Positions 10,077 to 20,915 are shown, counted from the stretch's first letter. The stretch: DNA of 64,000 nt from Deltaproteobacteria bacterium (GCA_016926265.1 JAFGOW010000038.1:12964-76963), one strand, 5' to 3'. Notes: generated from the letters alone by a model not told the origin. Program-made: numbers and translations.

Positions 10077-12905
10077 TCAGAGTTCCGGGGTGTCCCTGAC
10101 CAAGGCGGTCAGTTTGGTTAAAGCCGCCAGCGGATCGTCCCCCAACTCGATGCGGATGACCCGGCGCCCGTATTTTGCGAGCGCCTCCAGATCCCCTTGT
10201 GCCTGGGCCCGGATCAGGGTCCCGAAACTGTATGGGAGATCCGGAATGGGGGCATCCCGATGAGGCCTTCCGGTCAACTGGATGAAGAGGCCGGTGTTGG
10301 GACCCCCTTTGTGCCATTGCCCCGTGGAATGGAGAAACCGCGGCCCGAAGCCGAGGGTGACGGCCAAGCGGGTGCGGTCCCGAAGCAGGGCCTGGAGCTC
10401 CCGCAAGCCGGCGGAGCTGGCTTCGGTTTCCGGCAGATAGGCCATCAGCGCCACGTAATCGCGGGTGCGGCGCCGGGACAGAAAATATTTCAGGGCCTCC
10501 TGAAAATCCTTTGCCGCCGGTTCGCCGTAAAGGAGGGGGCCTCCTTCATGCAGAGCATGGCCTCCGGCCGCGGAGGGCGCCATGGGCGCCGCGAGGATGC
10601 GGTGGGTGTTGGCTTTGCTTTCCTGGACGTTGGGCTGGTCGAAGGGGTTGATCCCCAGGACGCTGGCGGCGACGGCGGTGGCGCATTCCCAGCGCAGGAA
10701 TTCCCCGGCCAGATCGGCGGGCCCCTCGATATCGATCGCGATGACGGGATGGTTGAGTTTTTTCAGATCCTCCACCAGCGCGGTCAGCCTTTCGTCGCCG
10801 CTGCCGCCCAGCCGGTAAAAGAGGAAGACGCGGTCATCGTCGTAGGCGGAAGCGGCCCCTGGCGGTTCCCCGGTGACGGGAAGGATGCCCCTTTGCTCTT
10901 TGCCGGTACTTTCGGCGATGAGCTGATCGATCCAGAGACCGAAGGTCCGGATCGGTTCCGGAAGAAAAAAGGTCACTTTGTCGCGGCCGCCCAGCGCCAG
11001 TTCTCCCAGGGCGGCGCCCAACACCAGCGCCGGATTCTTCCGCTCCGGGATGTCGGGGCCGCAGGATTGTTTCATCAGATGGGCGGAAGCAAGTATTTGA
11101 CGGGGATCGAGGCCCATCAGGGCGGCCGGCACCAGCCCGAAACAGGAGAGCGCCGAGTAGCGGCCGCCGATCTCGGGGTCATTGAGAAAGGTCTTGCGGA
11201 ATCCCAGTTTGTTGGCACGGGCGACGAGAGGGGTTTCAGGATCGGTGATGGCGGCGAAATGCTCACCGGCGCGGCTGCCTTTGATTTGGCTCAGGCGATC
11301 GAAAAAGTAATCGGAAAAGGCTGAAGGCTCGGCCGTGGTTCCCGACTTGCTGGCTTCGATGAAGAGGGTCTGGGCCAGGGGGAGTTTCTTTTCCAGGTCG
11401 AGTACGGTATCGGGATCGGTGCTGTCCAGGACGGTGAGCGGGATCCCCCCCCGGCCGAGAGGAAAGGACCGCTGGAAAACCAGAGGGGTCATGCTGCTCC
11501 CCCCCATTCCCATGATCACGACCCGGCTGAAGCCGGCCTCCCTGATTTCGGAGACAAAGGTCTCGACCTCCTCCAGCCGGTTCCGCATTGCCTCGACGAT
11601 CTCCATCCAGCCCATGAAACCCCGGATTTCCCGATGGTATTGGGGATGCCGTTTCCAGAGGCAGGGATCTTTGGCCCAGAAGCGGCGGCTGAAGCCTTCC
11701 TCTTCCATGTGGTTAAGCCTTTTTTGGACAAAATGAGCGTAGAGACCGAGATCGAGATGTTGACGCTCGCAGGTCTGCTCAAGAATAGCGATCCGTTCTT
11801 CATCCAATTTCTTGAAGAGGCTGTCGAAAGGCTGGATGAATTTTTGGATGCCGTCCTCCTCCAGATGGCGCATCCCTTGCTCCAGATCGATTCCCAGTTC
11901 CGCCAGACCCCGCAAAGCCCCTTCGGCCTCGGCCAGGCCCTGGACCAAAGTGGCCTCGGCGCGGCCGTGATCGCGGAAGGCGTTGAGGGTTTTGACGGGG
12001 ATGGTGTTGACGGTCTGCGGCCCGATCAGTTCCTCGACGTACTTGACGTCGCTGTAGGCGGGGTTTTTGGTCCCGGTGCTGGCCCACAACAGGCGCTGCG
12101 GAGCGGCGCCCAGTTGGGCGAGGCGCTCGAAGCGAGCGCCTCCGAACAGCTCCCGGAAGATGCGGTAGGAGAGTTTGGCGCTGGCGACGGCGATGGCGCC
12201 GATCAGGCTCCGCGCCGTGGCGACGCTTTGGTCGGCAGAGCGGGAGAGCTCCTCCAGGCGGGGATCGAGCAAGGTGTCGATGCGGCTCAGGAAAAAGCTG
12301 GCTACCGATGCGATCCCGGCCACCGGCCGGCCCTGGGCGGCGCGATCCTCCAGGCCGGCAAGGTAGGCTTCGGCCACCATCCGGTAGCGCTCCAGGCTGA
12401 AAAGGAGGGTGGCATTGACATTGATGCCCTCGGCGGTCAGTTCACGGATCGCTTGGCATCCTTCCAGAGTGGCGGGAACCTTGATCATGACGTTGGGTCG
12501 GTCGAGAAGCCGCCAAAGCAGGCGCCCTTCCTCCAGGGTCCGGTCCAGATCGCGGGCCAGATAGGGGGAGACCTCCAGGCTGACATACCCGTCGAGCCCC
12601 CGGCTCTCCTCGAAGAGGGGGCGAAACTGGTCGGCAGCGGCGCGGACATCCTCCAGAACCAGGGTCTGATAGATTTCTTCGACGGTTTTTCCCTCTCGGA
12701 CCAGGTCGGTTATGGCCGCGTCGTAAGCTTTGCTGCCGGCAATGGCTTCTTTGAATATGGCCGGATTGGAGGTGATGCCGCGAATCCCGTCCCGTTCGAT
12801 CAATCGCTCCAATTCCCCGGATCGCAACATCTCCCGATGAAGATAATCGAGCCAAAGGCTCTGTCCCAAGGCCAGGACCTTTTTTAACGGGTTACCGTTG
12901 TTCAT
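10077..12905 (-). CDS. Bifunctional transaldolase / glucose-6-phosphate isomerase
   Basis: 942 aa. The N-terminal third is transaldolase-like (LWLDYLHR, ITSNPAIF, VMIKVPAT). The C-terminal two thirds are PGI-like (GMGGSS, SKSGTTAEP). Confidence 0.9.
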   Translation of the reverse strand: MNNGNPLKKVLALGQSLWLDYLHREMLRSGELERLIERDGIRGITSNPAIFKEAIAGSKAYDAAITDLVREGKTVEEIYQTLVLEDVRAAADQFRPLFEESRGLDGYVSLEVSPYLARDLDRTLEEGRLLWRLLDRPNVMIKVPATLEGCQAIRELTAEGINVNATLLFSLERYRMVAEAYLAGLEDRAAQGRPVAGIASVASFFLSRIDTLLDPRLEELSRSADQSVATARSLIGAIAVASAKLSYRIFRELFGGARFERLAQLGAAPQRLLWASTGTKNPAYSDVKYVEELIGPQTVNTIPVKTLNAFRDHGRAEATLVQGLAEAEGALRGLAELGIDLEQGMRHLEEDGIQKFIQPFDSLFKKLDEERIAILEQTCERQHLDLGLYAHFVQKRLNHMEEEGFSRRFWAKDPCLWKRHPQYHREIRGFMGWMEIVEAMRNRLEEVETFVSEIREAGFSRVVIMGMGGSSMTPLVFQRSFPLGRGGIPLTVLDSTDPDTVLDLEKKLPLAQTLFIEASKSGTTAEPSAFSDYFFDRLSQIKGSRAGEHFAAITDPETPLVARANKLGFRKTFLNDPEIGGRYSALSCFGLVPAALMGLDPRQILASAHLMKQSCGPDIPERKNPALVLGAALGELALGGRDKVTFFLPEPIRTFGLWIDQLIAESTGKEQRGILPVTGEPPGAASAYDDDRVFLFYRLGGSGDERLTALVEDLKKLNHPVIAIDIEGPADLAGEFLRWECATAVAASVLGINPFDQPNVQESKANTHRILAAPMAPSAAGGHALHEGGPLLYGEPAAKDFQEALKYFLSRRRTRDYVALMAYLPETEASSAGLRELQALLRDRTRLAVTLGFGPRFLHSTGQWHKGGPNTGLFIQLTGRPHRDAPIPDLPYSFGTLIRAQAQGDLEALAKYGRRVIRIELGDDPLAALTKLTALVRDTPEL

Positions 12906-13232
12906 CGCCTATCCTCCTCCTTTGATGGGGCTGCTTTTGCCGGTACCGTACAACTTTAACGGAAAATGCCTTCCAACGGAACCACGACATTCCATCTGGA
13001 TTGGGGAAAAATCCACTTCTTTGTGCCATTTGGAATTTTTAAGCTTGCCAGGGCCATCGGAAAATTGTTATCAAATTGCAACTCCGGATCCGGGGACGAC
13101 GCGCCTCTTTCCGATCCGCTCCCCCGGGAAATCGGGGCGGCGGATTTTTCGGCGGCCGGCCCCAAAAACAGCCCGACGCCTTCGCCAAGGGTTCAGGTGG
13201 GTCTTGCCCGACGGCACCAGGATGAAATTCCG

Positions 13233-14669
13233 ATGAAGAAACCGGCAGCCACCATTGGCAAAAAACTCTTTCTCAGTCATTTTCTGGCCGTTTTGCTGGT
13301 TTCTGGCAGCATCGGCACCTATTTTTATCACAGCGCTTATTCCAGTCTGAAGCGCAACCTTCAAGGCCGCCTTGAAAACAGCGCGGCCCTCATCAGCCGG
13401 ACCATAGACGCCAAAGAGATCGAAATTCTTCGGGCGCCGGAAGACGCGCAGCTTCCCGTCTACAGCCGCTATCTCTCCAAAATGCGGGACCTGCGGGGAA
13501 CCAATCCCGATATCGCCTATCTTTATGTGATGCGTCGCGACGGCGACCGGGTCTTTTTCGTCATCGATACCGACACCAGCGAGCAGCAGGCTTGCCCCGG
13601 CCAACCCTATCTCGATATCGTGGCGGCTTTGATGAAAGGATTCGAGGCCCCCTCCGTCGACGACCAGATCGTCCATGATCCGTGGGGGGCCTTTATGTCC
13701 GGCTATGCCCCGATCGTCAACGGCAAAGGGCGGTTTTTGGTAGGGATGGACATGCGTGCCGACGAAGTGGAAAAAAAATTCCGGGCCTTGAAGATCTCCG
13801 GCGCGGTTTCCCTGGTTTGTTCGTTGCTGCTGGCTTATTTGTTCAGCCGGGTCCTCAGCCGCCATTTCATCGCCGGCATCCGGCTCCTGATCGAACGGTG
13901 CCAGGCGATTGCCGACGGCCGTCTCGGCGAGGAACTGACCTTCCGATCCGATGATGAACTCGCCCAGCTTGTGGCCGCCTTCAACAGGATGTCGGCGCAT
14001 CTGGCCCAGAGCCGCCAGGAAACCCGCCGGGCGGAAATCGCCCTGACCGAGGCCAACGAAGCCCTGGAAATCCGCGTCCGGGAAAGAACCGAAGAATTGG
14101 CCGTGGTCAATGAACAATTGAAGGGGGAAATCGCCGAACGGCGGAAAATCCAGCAGGCCCTTATCGAGGCCGCCCGCACCGATCCCCTGACCGGTCTGCT
14201 CAACCGGCGCGCCATTCAGGAACATCTCGCTTACCAGGTGGTTGCCTATCAACGCAACCGGGAACCGTTCACGGTCCTGCTGGCCGATATCGACCAGTTT
14301 AAGGCCATCAACGACCGTTTCGGGCACCATGCCGGGGACGAGGCGCTACGGAATCTCACCCGTCTGATTCAGGGGCAGATCCGCCAACAGGATCTGGTGG
14401 CGCGTTGGGGGGGGGAGGAGTTTTTGATTCTGCTCCCCGACACCGACCTGCAGGGAGGGAAGCGGCTGGCCTGCAAACTGCGGCAACAGGTCGCCGAATC
14501 GGAGGGTCTGCTGCCCGAACAGCCGTCCCTGCGCCTGACCATCAGTATCGGGGTCTCCCAGTTTCAGGAATCTGCCACCTTGGACAAATGCATCCAGGCC
14601 GCCGACGATGCCTTGTACCGGGCCAAATCCCAAGGACGGGATCTGGTGGTGACGGCGGAGGAGGGGTAG
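13233..14669 (+). CDS. Sensor diguanylate cyclase (periplasmic sensor domain, HAMP, coiled coil, GGDEF)
   Basis: Start moved to MKKPAATIGKKLFLSHFLAVLLV (Met90 of ORF 12966..14669). Two TM segments flank a Cache-like region. HAMP segment (AAFNRMSAHL). Active site RWGGEEFLILLPDT with an RxxD (RQQD) I-site 5 aa upstream. Confidence 0.85.
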   Translation: MKKPAATIGKKLFLSHFLAVLLVSGSIGTYFYHSAYSSLKRNLQGRLENSAALISRTIDAKEIEILRAPEDAQLPVYSRYLSKMRDLRGTNPDIAYLYVMRRDGDRVFFVIDTDTSEQQACPGQPYLDIVAALMKGFEAPSVDDQIVHDPWGAFMSGYAPIVNGKGRFLVGMDMRADEVEKKFRALKISGAVSLVCSLLLAYLFSRVLSRHFIAGIRLLIERCQAIADGRLGEELTFRSDDELAQLVAAFNRMSAHLAQSRQETRRAEIALTEANEALEIRVRERTEELAVVNEQLKGEIAERRKIQQALIEAARTDPLTGLLNRRAIQEHLAYQVVAYQRNREPFTVLLADIDQFKAINDRFGHHAGDEALRNLTRLIQGQIRQQDLVARWGGEEFLILLPDTDLQGGKRLACKLRQQVAESEGLLPEQPSLRLTISIGVSQFQESATLDKCIQAADDALYRAKSQGRDLVVTAEEG

Positions 14670-14693
14670 CGGCGCTCCCCGTTGTCTGAATAG

Positions 14694-16769
14694 TTAAAGT
14701 AGATTCTTGGCTTTAGCCAGAATTTCCTCAACGGTAAACCCAAAATTCTTCAAAGCGGTACCTCCGGGGGCGGAAGCCCCAAAACGATCCACCCCGATCA
14801 CGACCCCTTCCAATCCGACGTAGCGGTGCCATCCCTGGCTGCATCCCGCCTCCACGGCGATCCGCTTTTTAACAGCCGGGGGAAAAATCTCATCCCGGTA
14901 ACCCAACGGCTGGGCCTCGAACAGCTCCCAGGATGGCATGCTCACCAGACGGGCGCTGATTCCCTCTGAAACAAGTCTCTCGTAGGCTTCCAGGGCCGGG
15001 AAGAGTTCGGCCCCGGCGGCGATCAGAATGAGTTCGGGGGGCGCCTGGCCGGAGCCGGCCAATATGTAGGCGCCCTGATGAAGGCCTGAGGCCGAGGCGT
15101 ACTTGGAGCGATCCAGAATCGGCAGGTCCTGACGGGAGAGGATGAAGGCGGTCGGCGTCTCCTTGGCCTTCAGGGCATATTTCCAGGCCTCCAGGGTTTC
15201 GTTGGCGTCGGCGGGGCGGATTACGGCCAAGCCGGGGATGGCGCGGAGGCTGGCCGTCTGTTCCACCGGTTGATGGGTCGGGCCGTCTTCGCCCACCGCG
15301 ATGGAATCGTGGGTAAAGAGATAGATGACGGGCAATTTCATCAGCGCCGCGAGGCGGATGGCGGGGCGCAGATAATCGGAGAAAACCAGGAAAGTGCTGC
15401 CGTAAGGACGCAAGCCGCCGTGCGCGGCGATGCCGTTGAGGATGCTCCCCATGGCGTGTTCCCGCACTCCGAAAGAGAGGTTGCGTCCTGAATAGCTCCA
15501 TCCTCCCTCGGGAAGGTTCTGAAGCCCCGGGGGTAGGGTGGCGGGGGATTGGAAAAAGCCCAATTTTTTCATGACCGTTTTGGTGGAGGGGTCCAGATCC
15601 GCGGAACCCCCGACCAGGTTGTCCACCTTTTGGGCGATGTGGTTCAGAATCTGGCCGCTGGCGGTTCGGGTCGCGACCGGTTTGCCGCCGGGGGCAAAGG
15701 CGGTGAGTTCGTTTTCCCATTCGGGGGTGAGCGCCCCGCCCTGCAGGCGGTCCCATTCCTCCCTGAGGCCGGGGAATTCTCCCGTGTAACGGCGGAGCAA
15801 CCCGTCCCATTCCGAGTTGGCTGTGATGCCGGAGCGGGCGACGGCGACGAAGAGTTCCCTGACCGGGTCGGGGACAAAGAAGGTCTCCTTGTGGGGCCAT
15901 CCGAGAGACTTTTTGGTGGCCAGGGTTTCCTCCGCGCCCAGGGGGGAGCCATGGGCTTCGTGGCTGTCCTGGAATTTGGGGCTTCCGAAACCAATATGGG
16001 ATTTGACGATGATGAGTGAGGGGAGGAGGGTCTCGCTACAGGCGGCTGCGATGGCGCTTTCAAGTGCCTTGAGGTCGTTGCCATCTTCGACCTTCAGTAC
16101 CTGCCAATGCAAGGCTTCGAATTTTTTGGCGGTATCCTCGCTGAAGGTGAGATGGGTGGGACCCGAGAGGGAGATGTTGTTGCTGTCGTAGAGGCAGATC
16201 AACTTGCCGAGCCGCAGGTGGCCCGCCAACGACGCCGCTTCCGAAACCACGCCCTCCATCAGATCGCCGTCGCTGGCCAGCACGAAGGTGCGATGATCGA
16301 CGATATCAAAGTTCTCCCGGTTGAAGCGGGCCGCCAGGTGGCGCTCCGCGATGGCCATGCCGACCGCCATGGCGAAACCCTGGCCCAAGGGCCCGGTGGT
16401 GACCTCTACGCCGGGGGTGTGGCGGAATTCGGGGTGGCCGGGGGTCTTGGAGCCCCATTGGCGGAAATTCTTTATTTCGTCCAGGGTGAGGTCGTATCCG
16501 GCATGGTGGAGCAGGGAGTAGAGCAGGGCCGAGGCGTGCCCGGCCGAGAGTACGAAGCGGTCCCGGTTTGGCCAGGCAGGGTTGCGGGAGTTGAATTTCA
16601 AAAACCGGGACCAGAGGGCATAGGCCATCGGCGCCGCTCCCAGCGGCATTCCGGGATGACCGCTGTTGGCCTTGTCGATGGCGTCAAGAGCAAGAAAACG
16701 GATCGAATTGATCGCCAATCGATCCAGTTCTTCGTTGTTGGAATTGGCGGGTTTGTTCAGCTCAGACAT
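14694..16769 (-). CDS. tkt: Transketolase
   Basis: 691 aa. Motifs [14 protein letters not shown] and [19 protein letters not shown]. Full-length similarity to Tkt. Confidence 0.95.
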   Translation of the reverse strand: MSELNKPANSNNEELDRLAINSIRFLALDAIDKANSGHPGMPLGAAPMAYALWSRFLKFNSRNPAWPNRDRFVLSAGHASALLYSLLHHAGYDLTLDEIKNFRQWGSKTPGHPEFRHTPGVEVTTGPLGQGFAMAVGMAIAERHLAARFNRENFDIVDHRTFVLASDGDLMEGVVSEAASLAGHLRLGKLICLYDSNNISLSGPTHLTFSEDTAKKFEALHWQVLKVEDGNDLKALESAIAAACSETLLPSLIIVKSHIGFGSPKFQDSHEAHGSPLGAEETLATKKSLGWPHKETFFVPDPVRELFVAVARSGITANSEWDGLLRRYTGEFPGLREEWDRLQGGALTPEWENELTAFAPGGKPVATRTASGQILNHIAQKVDNLVGGSADLDPSTKTVMKKLGFFQSPATLPPGLQNLPEGGWSYSGRNLSFGVREHAMGSILNGIAAHGGLRPYGSTFLVFSDYLRPAIRLAALMKLPVIYLFTHDSIAVGEDGPTHQPVEQTASLRAIPGLAVIRPADANETLEAWKYALKAKETPTAFILSRQDLPILDRSKYASASGLHQGAYILAGSGQAPPELILIAAGAELFPALEAYERLVSEGISARLVSMPSWELFEAQPLGYRDEIFPPAVKKRIAVEAGCSQGWHRYVGLEGVVIGVDRFGASAPGGTALKNFGFTVEEILAKAKNLL

Positions 16770-16872
16770 AGGACGGCTCCTTTAAAGAAAATAGCTTCCC
16801 CGACGGAAAGAAGCTTTCATTTTTAGCATAAGACCTTGAAAAGAGCCAAACAAAGTTGGCAGTCAGGCCGCA

Positions 16873-18321
16873 TCAGGAATCAAAGGATTTTTCTTCCGAC
16901 AACCGGGAGAGAACAGTCCGCAGCAGGATTTGAAAATCACCCCGCTTCCGATCCAGTCGGCCGGATTCGTCCGGGTTCTTCAAGGCCTCAAAGTACCCGA
17001 TCGCCGTGCGGCGTTGGGGCTCTGACCAGCGGGCGGCATACCCTTCGCGGATTTCCGCCGGGTTCTCGTCGGGAAGGGGCGCCCGGCGGGCGTGAGCCCA
17101 GTTGATGACGTAAGAAAAGAAAATCAGCGCCCGGTCGAGGAGTACGAAGAAGAATTGGATGTTGGTCAAAGGGCCGATTTGGATCTGTGTTTTCCCCATG
17201 GGCGGGAGCAGATCGATTCCCAACAGGCGCAGCCTCGGCCCCTTGACACGGGCCAGCTTGCCGCCGCCCAAATAAGCGGTCAAGGCGCCCAGGAGCGCCC
17301 CGGTGGCGGTAAAAACCCCGGCGCTGATGCCGGTGAAAAGAGCGTCGAGGCCGGCGCCGGCGGCACCGCCGGCCAAGGTTGCGGCCCAGGTCAACTGGCC
17401 GCGGTCGAGCCCCAGCACTCTCCAGACCCGTTCGCTGAAGAGGTTCTCCCGCAGGGCGGAGTTGGGAGGAGGTTGGTAGCGGAAGATGTTGTGTTTGAAC
17501 AGTTTGCGGATGCGCTCATGGAAATCGTGTTCCATCGCTGCCAGATCCCGGCAGAAACGTTCCTTGAGCCGTTCTTCTGCGATGTCCTCCGCCCTGTCCT
17601 GGTATTCGGCGAACGCGGTATGGCGCAGGGAGTTTTCCAGCAGTTCGCCGATCAGGTCGGCGGTCCTGGCGATTCGCTGGTCCCAGTCGCGCCGGAACGC
17701 CTCGATGACCTGTGCCATGGCCGGCAGCCAGTCCTGGTCGATATTTTTCAGGGTTTCCAGCAGCGCCAGGCGTTCGGCGTAGGTCGCCCGATGGGCGTTG
17801 AATACTCGCACCGCGTTGAAATGCCTGCGGAATGCGGCTTTCCACTCGGGCAGGTAGCGGTCCTCCCGCTCCTTGCAGTTGATGATGGCGAGCCGCGGAC
17901 GGCCGGTGCGGCGCAGGATTTCCATCTCGGCCAGATCGTTATCCCGCAACGGCCGGGAACCGTCCACCACATAGATGATTCCGGCGCCGGCCTCGATCGG
18001 GTGCAGCAGTTCGTTTTCGTTTCGGAATTCAGGATCGTCGCGGTGGGCGGCCCGAAACGACCGCACCGCCTCCTGGTCGTGGGCGCCGCTTTGCTCCAGC
18101 CAGGCCAGGGTGCGACGCGGGCTCTGGAATCCGGGGGTGTCGATGAACTCGACCACGGTTTGGCCGTCGATGACCACCGGATAGTGGCGGCAGCTGCGGG
18201 TTTCCCCTGGGATGGGGCTGACGGGCACGGTGTCGTCCTCGGCCAGGGTCGATACCACCGAGGATTTCCCTTCATTGGGATGGCCGACGATGGCGAAACG
18301 TAAGGGGGTTGATGCGTCCAT
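16873..18321 (-). CDS. Membrane-associated GTPase (GTPase/DUF3482-like)
   Basis: 482 aa. G1 VGHPNEGKSS, G3 IDTPGF, G4-like NCKE. The C-terminal half has Gly/Ala-rich hydrophobic helices (LAGGAAGAGLDALFTGISAGVFTATGALLGALTAYLGGG). The family name is from memory of DUF3482 proteins. Confidence 0.7.
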   Translation of the reverse strand: MDASTPLRFAIVGHPNEGKSSVVSTLAEDDTVPVSPIPGETRSCRHYPVVIDGQTVVEFIDTPGFQSPRRTLAWLEQSGAHDQEAVRSFRAAHRDDPEFRNENELLHPIEAGAGIIYVVDGSRPLRDNDLAEMEILRRTGRPRLAIINCKEREDRYLPEWKAAFRRHFNAVRVFNAHRATYAERLALLETLKNIDQDWLPAMAQVIEAFRRDWDQRIARTADLIGELLENSLRHTAFAEYQDRAEDIAEERLKERFCRDLAAMEHDFHERIRKLFKHNIFRYQPPPNSALRENLFSERVWRVLGLDRGQLTWAATLAGGAAGAGLDALFTGISAGVFTATGALLGALTAYLGGGKLARVKGPRLRLLGIDLLPPMGKTQIQIGPLTNIQFFFVLLDRALIFFSYVINWAHARRAPLPDENPAEIREGYAARWSEPQRRTAIGYFEALKNPDESGRLDRKRGDFQILLRTVLSRLSEEKSFDS

Positions 18322-18324
18322 GCC

Positions 18325-19887
18325 TCAAACCTCTTTCCCTGGGGTGGCGATAGCCAGGTACGGGTCTCCCAAAGCCTGGAGCTGACGTTTCCAGACCCGG
18401 AGATCCGTTTCGGAAGGCTGGGTGCAAAAATTGGGCGGCGCCGGCCTGCCGACCAGAAGGATGGCGATCCTTCCGTTTTCAGTTGCGATCGGGCGTAGTT
18501 TCCGGAGCAGGGACAGGCTTTCAATAATAGGGGGCTGCCAGGCCTCCTGGATCAGAACCAGGGCGGGGCGTTTCCCCCCCCAGTCCCTTTCCGAAAGATG
18601 GGCCAGGGTGGCCTCCTCCTCTTGCAATGGCCCACCGATGGGGAAGATTCCGACCACCTCGAGTCCGAACCGTGCCGCGGTCACCGATTGGAGCTGCTCT
18701 CGACCGGCCCGTTCCAAAAAAGCCTTTTCCGCCAGCAGGACGGCAGGGGCGCTGTCGGTCCAGGAAAATTTCTCCGGAAAGAGTGAAAGTGGGGCCCCCG
18801 GTTTTTCCGGGGAGGGCCCGGACGAAGCCGGACCAGTTTCCAGCAACGGAGTCAGCAGCCGTCCGACCAGGCGGTCGCAGCCGGTATGGGAAAAATCGAG
18901 CCGGGCCAGGAGCAGGTGTTGCCAGGAAAGGGTAAAGACAGCCATCGCCAAACGCGGAAAAACCCCGTAGCAGAGCAGCCCGAGGGAGAGGAAAGGCCAC
19001 CAGGATACCAGATCCGGTGTCGCCAGATGGGCCATTCCGTCCTTTAGAACGATGCGGCTGTTTTCGATTTGAAGCAGGGTGGGGAAACCCATCCCCTCGG
19101 GGAACAGCCAGGACCAGGGAAGGGCGAGCCCCCGGATGATTTGATGGACCGTGGCCGGTGCGGCCTGGAGGGTTGTTTGCCAGCCGAAGGCGAGATCCGT
19201 GGTCGCCACCTTGGCCAAAGTGGCTGCCAAGGCGCCCAGGTTGAATGCCAGCCCGAACCATTGCCCGATCAGAAAAAGCGGCAGCAGAAAAAGGTTGCCG
19301 TAAACCGTGTGGCGATTTTTTAGCAATCCGAAGGCTGCCAGAAACCGGTGCCGGAATTCCGCGGGGAACCTGGCCCCGGCGGCTTCGACCCCCCGTTTCC
19401 CGAGCCGGAACAGCAGGGCGCCCCAAAAGGAGGCCGCCGCAGGGCGCTGTCGCAACAACCGGAGCGGACGGTGCAACAATGCCGCAGCCAGAAGAAGAAA
19501 AAGAAGCGCGATCTGTATTCCAATCAGGGTGGCCACGTAGTCGGAAACGTTGACGGGTCGCACCCCTTGGTAGCGCAACAGGGAGAGGGCCAGCCCGGCG
19601 CCGGAGCAGAACCCGACCAAAAGAGCGCCCCAAGTGAGAAGCCGCCGGGTTTCCCGGAACACGGTCCCCGGCAGCGGATAATTTTCCGGTTTTTCGCCCG
19701 TTTCCGACCGGCGGCGGACCTGCAGCCAATGTCGGATCAGGAGCGGGCGGGAACGGGAATTCCGAGTGGCGTCGTTCAGCGCCAGGTAGATGGCGCGGTC
19801 GCGGCGGATGAGATCCTGCTGGTCGCTTTCGTCATCGCCGAGGATAAAGTACTCCAGGTCGATCAGATCGTTGATGCTCCATTTCAT
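18325..19887 (-). CDS. Polytopic membrane protein, partner of the downstream GTPase (DUF2868-like)
   Basis: 520 aa with several long hydrophobic helices. The stop lies 3 nt before the GTPase start. The DUF2868 assignment comes from the remembered DUF2868/DUF3482 gene pairing and was not checked by search. Confidence 0.5.
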   Translation of the reverse strand: MKWSINDLIDLEYFILGDDESDQQDLIRRDRAIYLALNDATRNSRSRPLLIRHWLQVRRRSETGEKPENYPLPGTVFRETRRLLTWGALLVGFCSGAGLALSLLRYQGVRPVNVSDYVATLIGIQIALLFLLLAAALLHRPLRLLRQRPAAASFWGALLFRLGKRGVEAAGARFPAEFRHRFLAAFGLLKNRHTVYGNLFLLPLFLIGQWFGLAFNLGALAATLAKVATTDLAFGWQTTLQAAPATVHQIIRGLALPWSWLFPEGMGFPTLLQIENSRIVLKDGMAHLATPDLVSWWPFLSLGLLCYGVFPRLAMAVFTLSWQHLLLARLDFSHTGCDRLVGRLLTPLLETGPASSGPSPEKPGAPLSLFPEKFSWTDSAPAVLLAEKAFLERAGREQLQSVTAARFGLEVVGIFPIGGPLQEEEATLAHLSERDWGGKRPALVLIQEAWQPPIIESLSLLRKLRPIATENGRIAILLVGRPAPPNFCTQPSETDLRVWKRQLQALGDPYLAIATPGKEV

Positions 19888-20038
19888 CTGGCTGATGGGC
19901 GCCTCCTCCGCGGGGACCCGGATTTCTTTAAATCATGTCGGTCCGATGGCTTTTTGGCAACAAAAAATCGGAGCATGGCGCCTTTTCCGCCGTCCCTCCC
20001 AATACCGTTGGGGACTAACGCAAGGGCGTGCAAAAAAA

Positions 20039-20076
20039 ATGAGCCGTCCTTTTCCAAAACGAAAAGGACGGCTCAT
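20039..20076. terminator. Bidirectional rho-independent terminator just 3' of tRNA-Leu
   Basis: A perfect 15-bp stem, ATGAGCCGTCCTTTT / AAAAGGACGGCTCAT, with an 8-nt loop. It is flanked by an A7 run on the left (a T-run for the minus strand) and a T-run on the right. Confidence 0.75.
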
Positions 20077-20079
20077 TTT

Positions 20080-20166
20080 TGGTGCCGAAGAGGAGACTCG
20101 AACTCCTACGGGGCAACCCCCACTAGACCCTGAACCTAGCGTGTCTACCAGTTCCACCACTTCGGC
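20080..20166 (-). tRNA. tRNA-Leu (anticodon CAG), long variable arm, encoded CCA
   Basis: Reverse complement: GCCGAAGTGGTGGAACTGGTAGACACGCTAGGTTCAGGGTCTAGTGGGGGTTGCCCCGTAGGAGTTCGAGTCTCCTCTTCGGCACCA (87 nt). The acceptor stem pairs GCCGAAG with CTTCGGC. The anticodon loop is TTCAGGG. The T arm is GGAGTTCGAGTCTCC. Confidence 0.95.
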
Positions 20167-20175
20167 ACGCCGATT

Positions 20176-20204
20176 TTTTTAGCAAATATACCCGAATAAT
20201 GCAA
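20176..20204 (-). promoter_or_regulatory. Putative sigma70-type promoter for tRNA-Leu
   Basis: Minus strand reads TTGCAT - 17 nt - TAAAAA, ending about 9 nt upstream of the mature tRNA 5' end. Pattern match only. Confidence 0.3.
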
Positions 20205-20365
20205 CAGGAATTTATGGAATCCTCCCGAAGAAAGGGACTTCCGGTTCCGATTAGGGGCCGTTAAAAAAAATATCGGGCCGGGAAGGGCGGCCTTGGTTGA
20301 AAACAGACCCCAATTTTGATATCTTCCTCCCGCCCTGCAACCGTAAATAAAATGAAACTTTTTCC

Positions 20366-20845
20366 ATGTCCTTGAAATCCCCTTTTCACCTGGTCCTGGT
20401 AGAACCGGAAATTCCCCCCAATACCGGCAACATCGCCCGTCTCTGCGGCGCCACCGGCACTACTCTCCACCTGATCGAGCCTTTGGGGTTTTCTCTGGAT
20501 GACCGGTATCTTCGACGGGCCGGGCTCGATTACTGGCCCTCGGTTGATCTTTTGGTCTGGCCCTCCTGGGAGGGGTTCCGGCGGGCCTATCCGGAGGGGC
20601 GTTTCTGGCTGACGTCCAAAAGCGCGGAGAAAAGTTACGTCGAGGCCCGTTTTCTTCCTGGGGATTTCTTGCTCTTCGGCAAGGAAACGGAGGGGCTGCC
20701 GCGCGCCCTGTTGGCTCAAAACCCCCAATTTTCCATTCGTATTCCCCTTTTCAACGATGCGGTCCGGAGCCTGAATCTCTCCTCCGCTGCGGCCATTGTT
20801 CTTTACGAGGCGCTGCGTCAGCAGGGCTCTCTGGGTGGATTATAA
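20366..20845 (+). CDS. trmL: tRNA (cytidine(34)-2'-O)-methyltransferase TrmL (SpoU/TrmH family)
   Basis: 159 aa. LVLVEPEIPPNTGNIARLCGATGTTLHLIEPLGFSLDDRYLRRAGLDYW is nearly collinear with E. coli TrmL/YibK. Confidence 0.85.
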   Translation: MSLKSPFHLVLVEPEIPPNTGNIARLCGATGTTLHLIEPLGFSLDDRYLRRAGLDYWPSVDLLVWPSWEGFRRAYPEGRFWLTSKSAEKSYVEARFLPGDFLLFGKETEGLPRALLAQNPQFSIRIPLFNDAVRSLNLSSAAAIVLYEALRQQGSLGGL

Positions 20846-20915
20846 AGCGGTATTTTTTGTCCCTGCCATGAAATTCGGCCTTGCCCTCGGGGCAAGGCAT
20901 CCGCTCGCAAGCGAC

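Noticed and set aside
20080-20845. Functional link between tRNA-Leu and the adjacent trmL
   Set aside because: The established TrmL substrates are the tRNA-Leu CAA/UAA isoacceptors. This tRNA has anticodon CAG, so the adjacency is probably coincidental.
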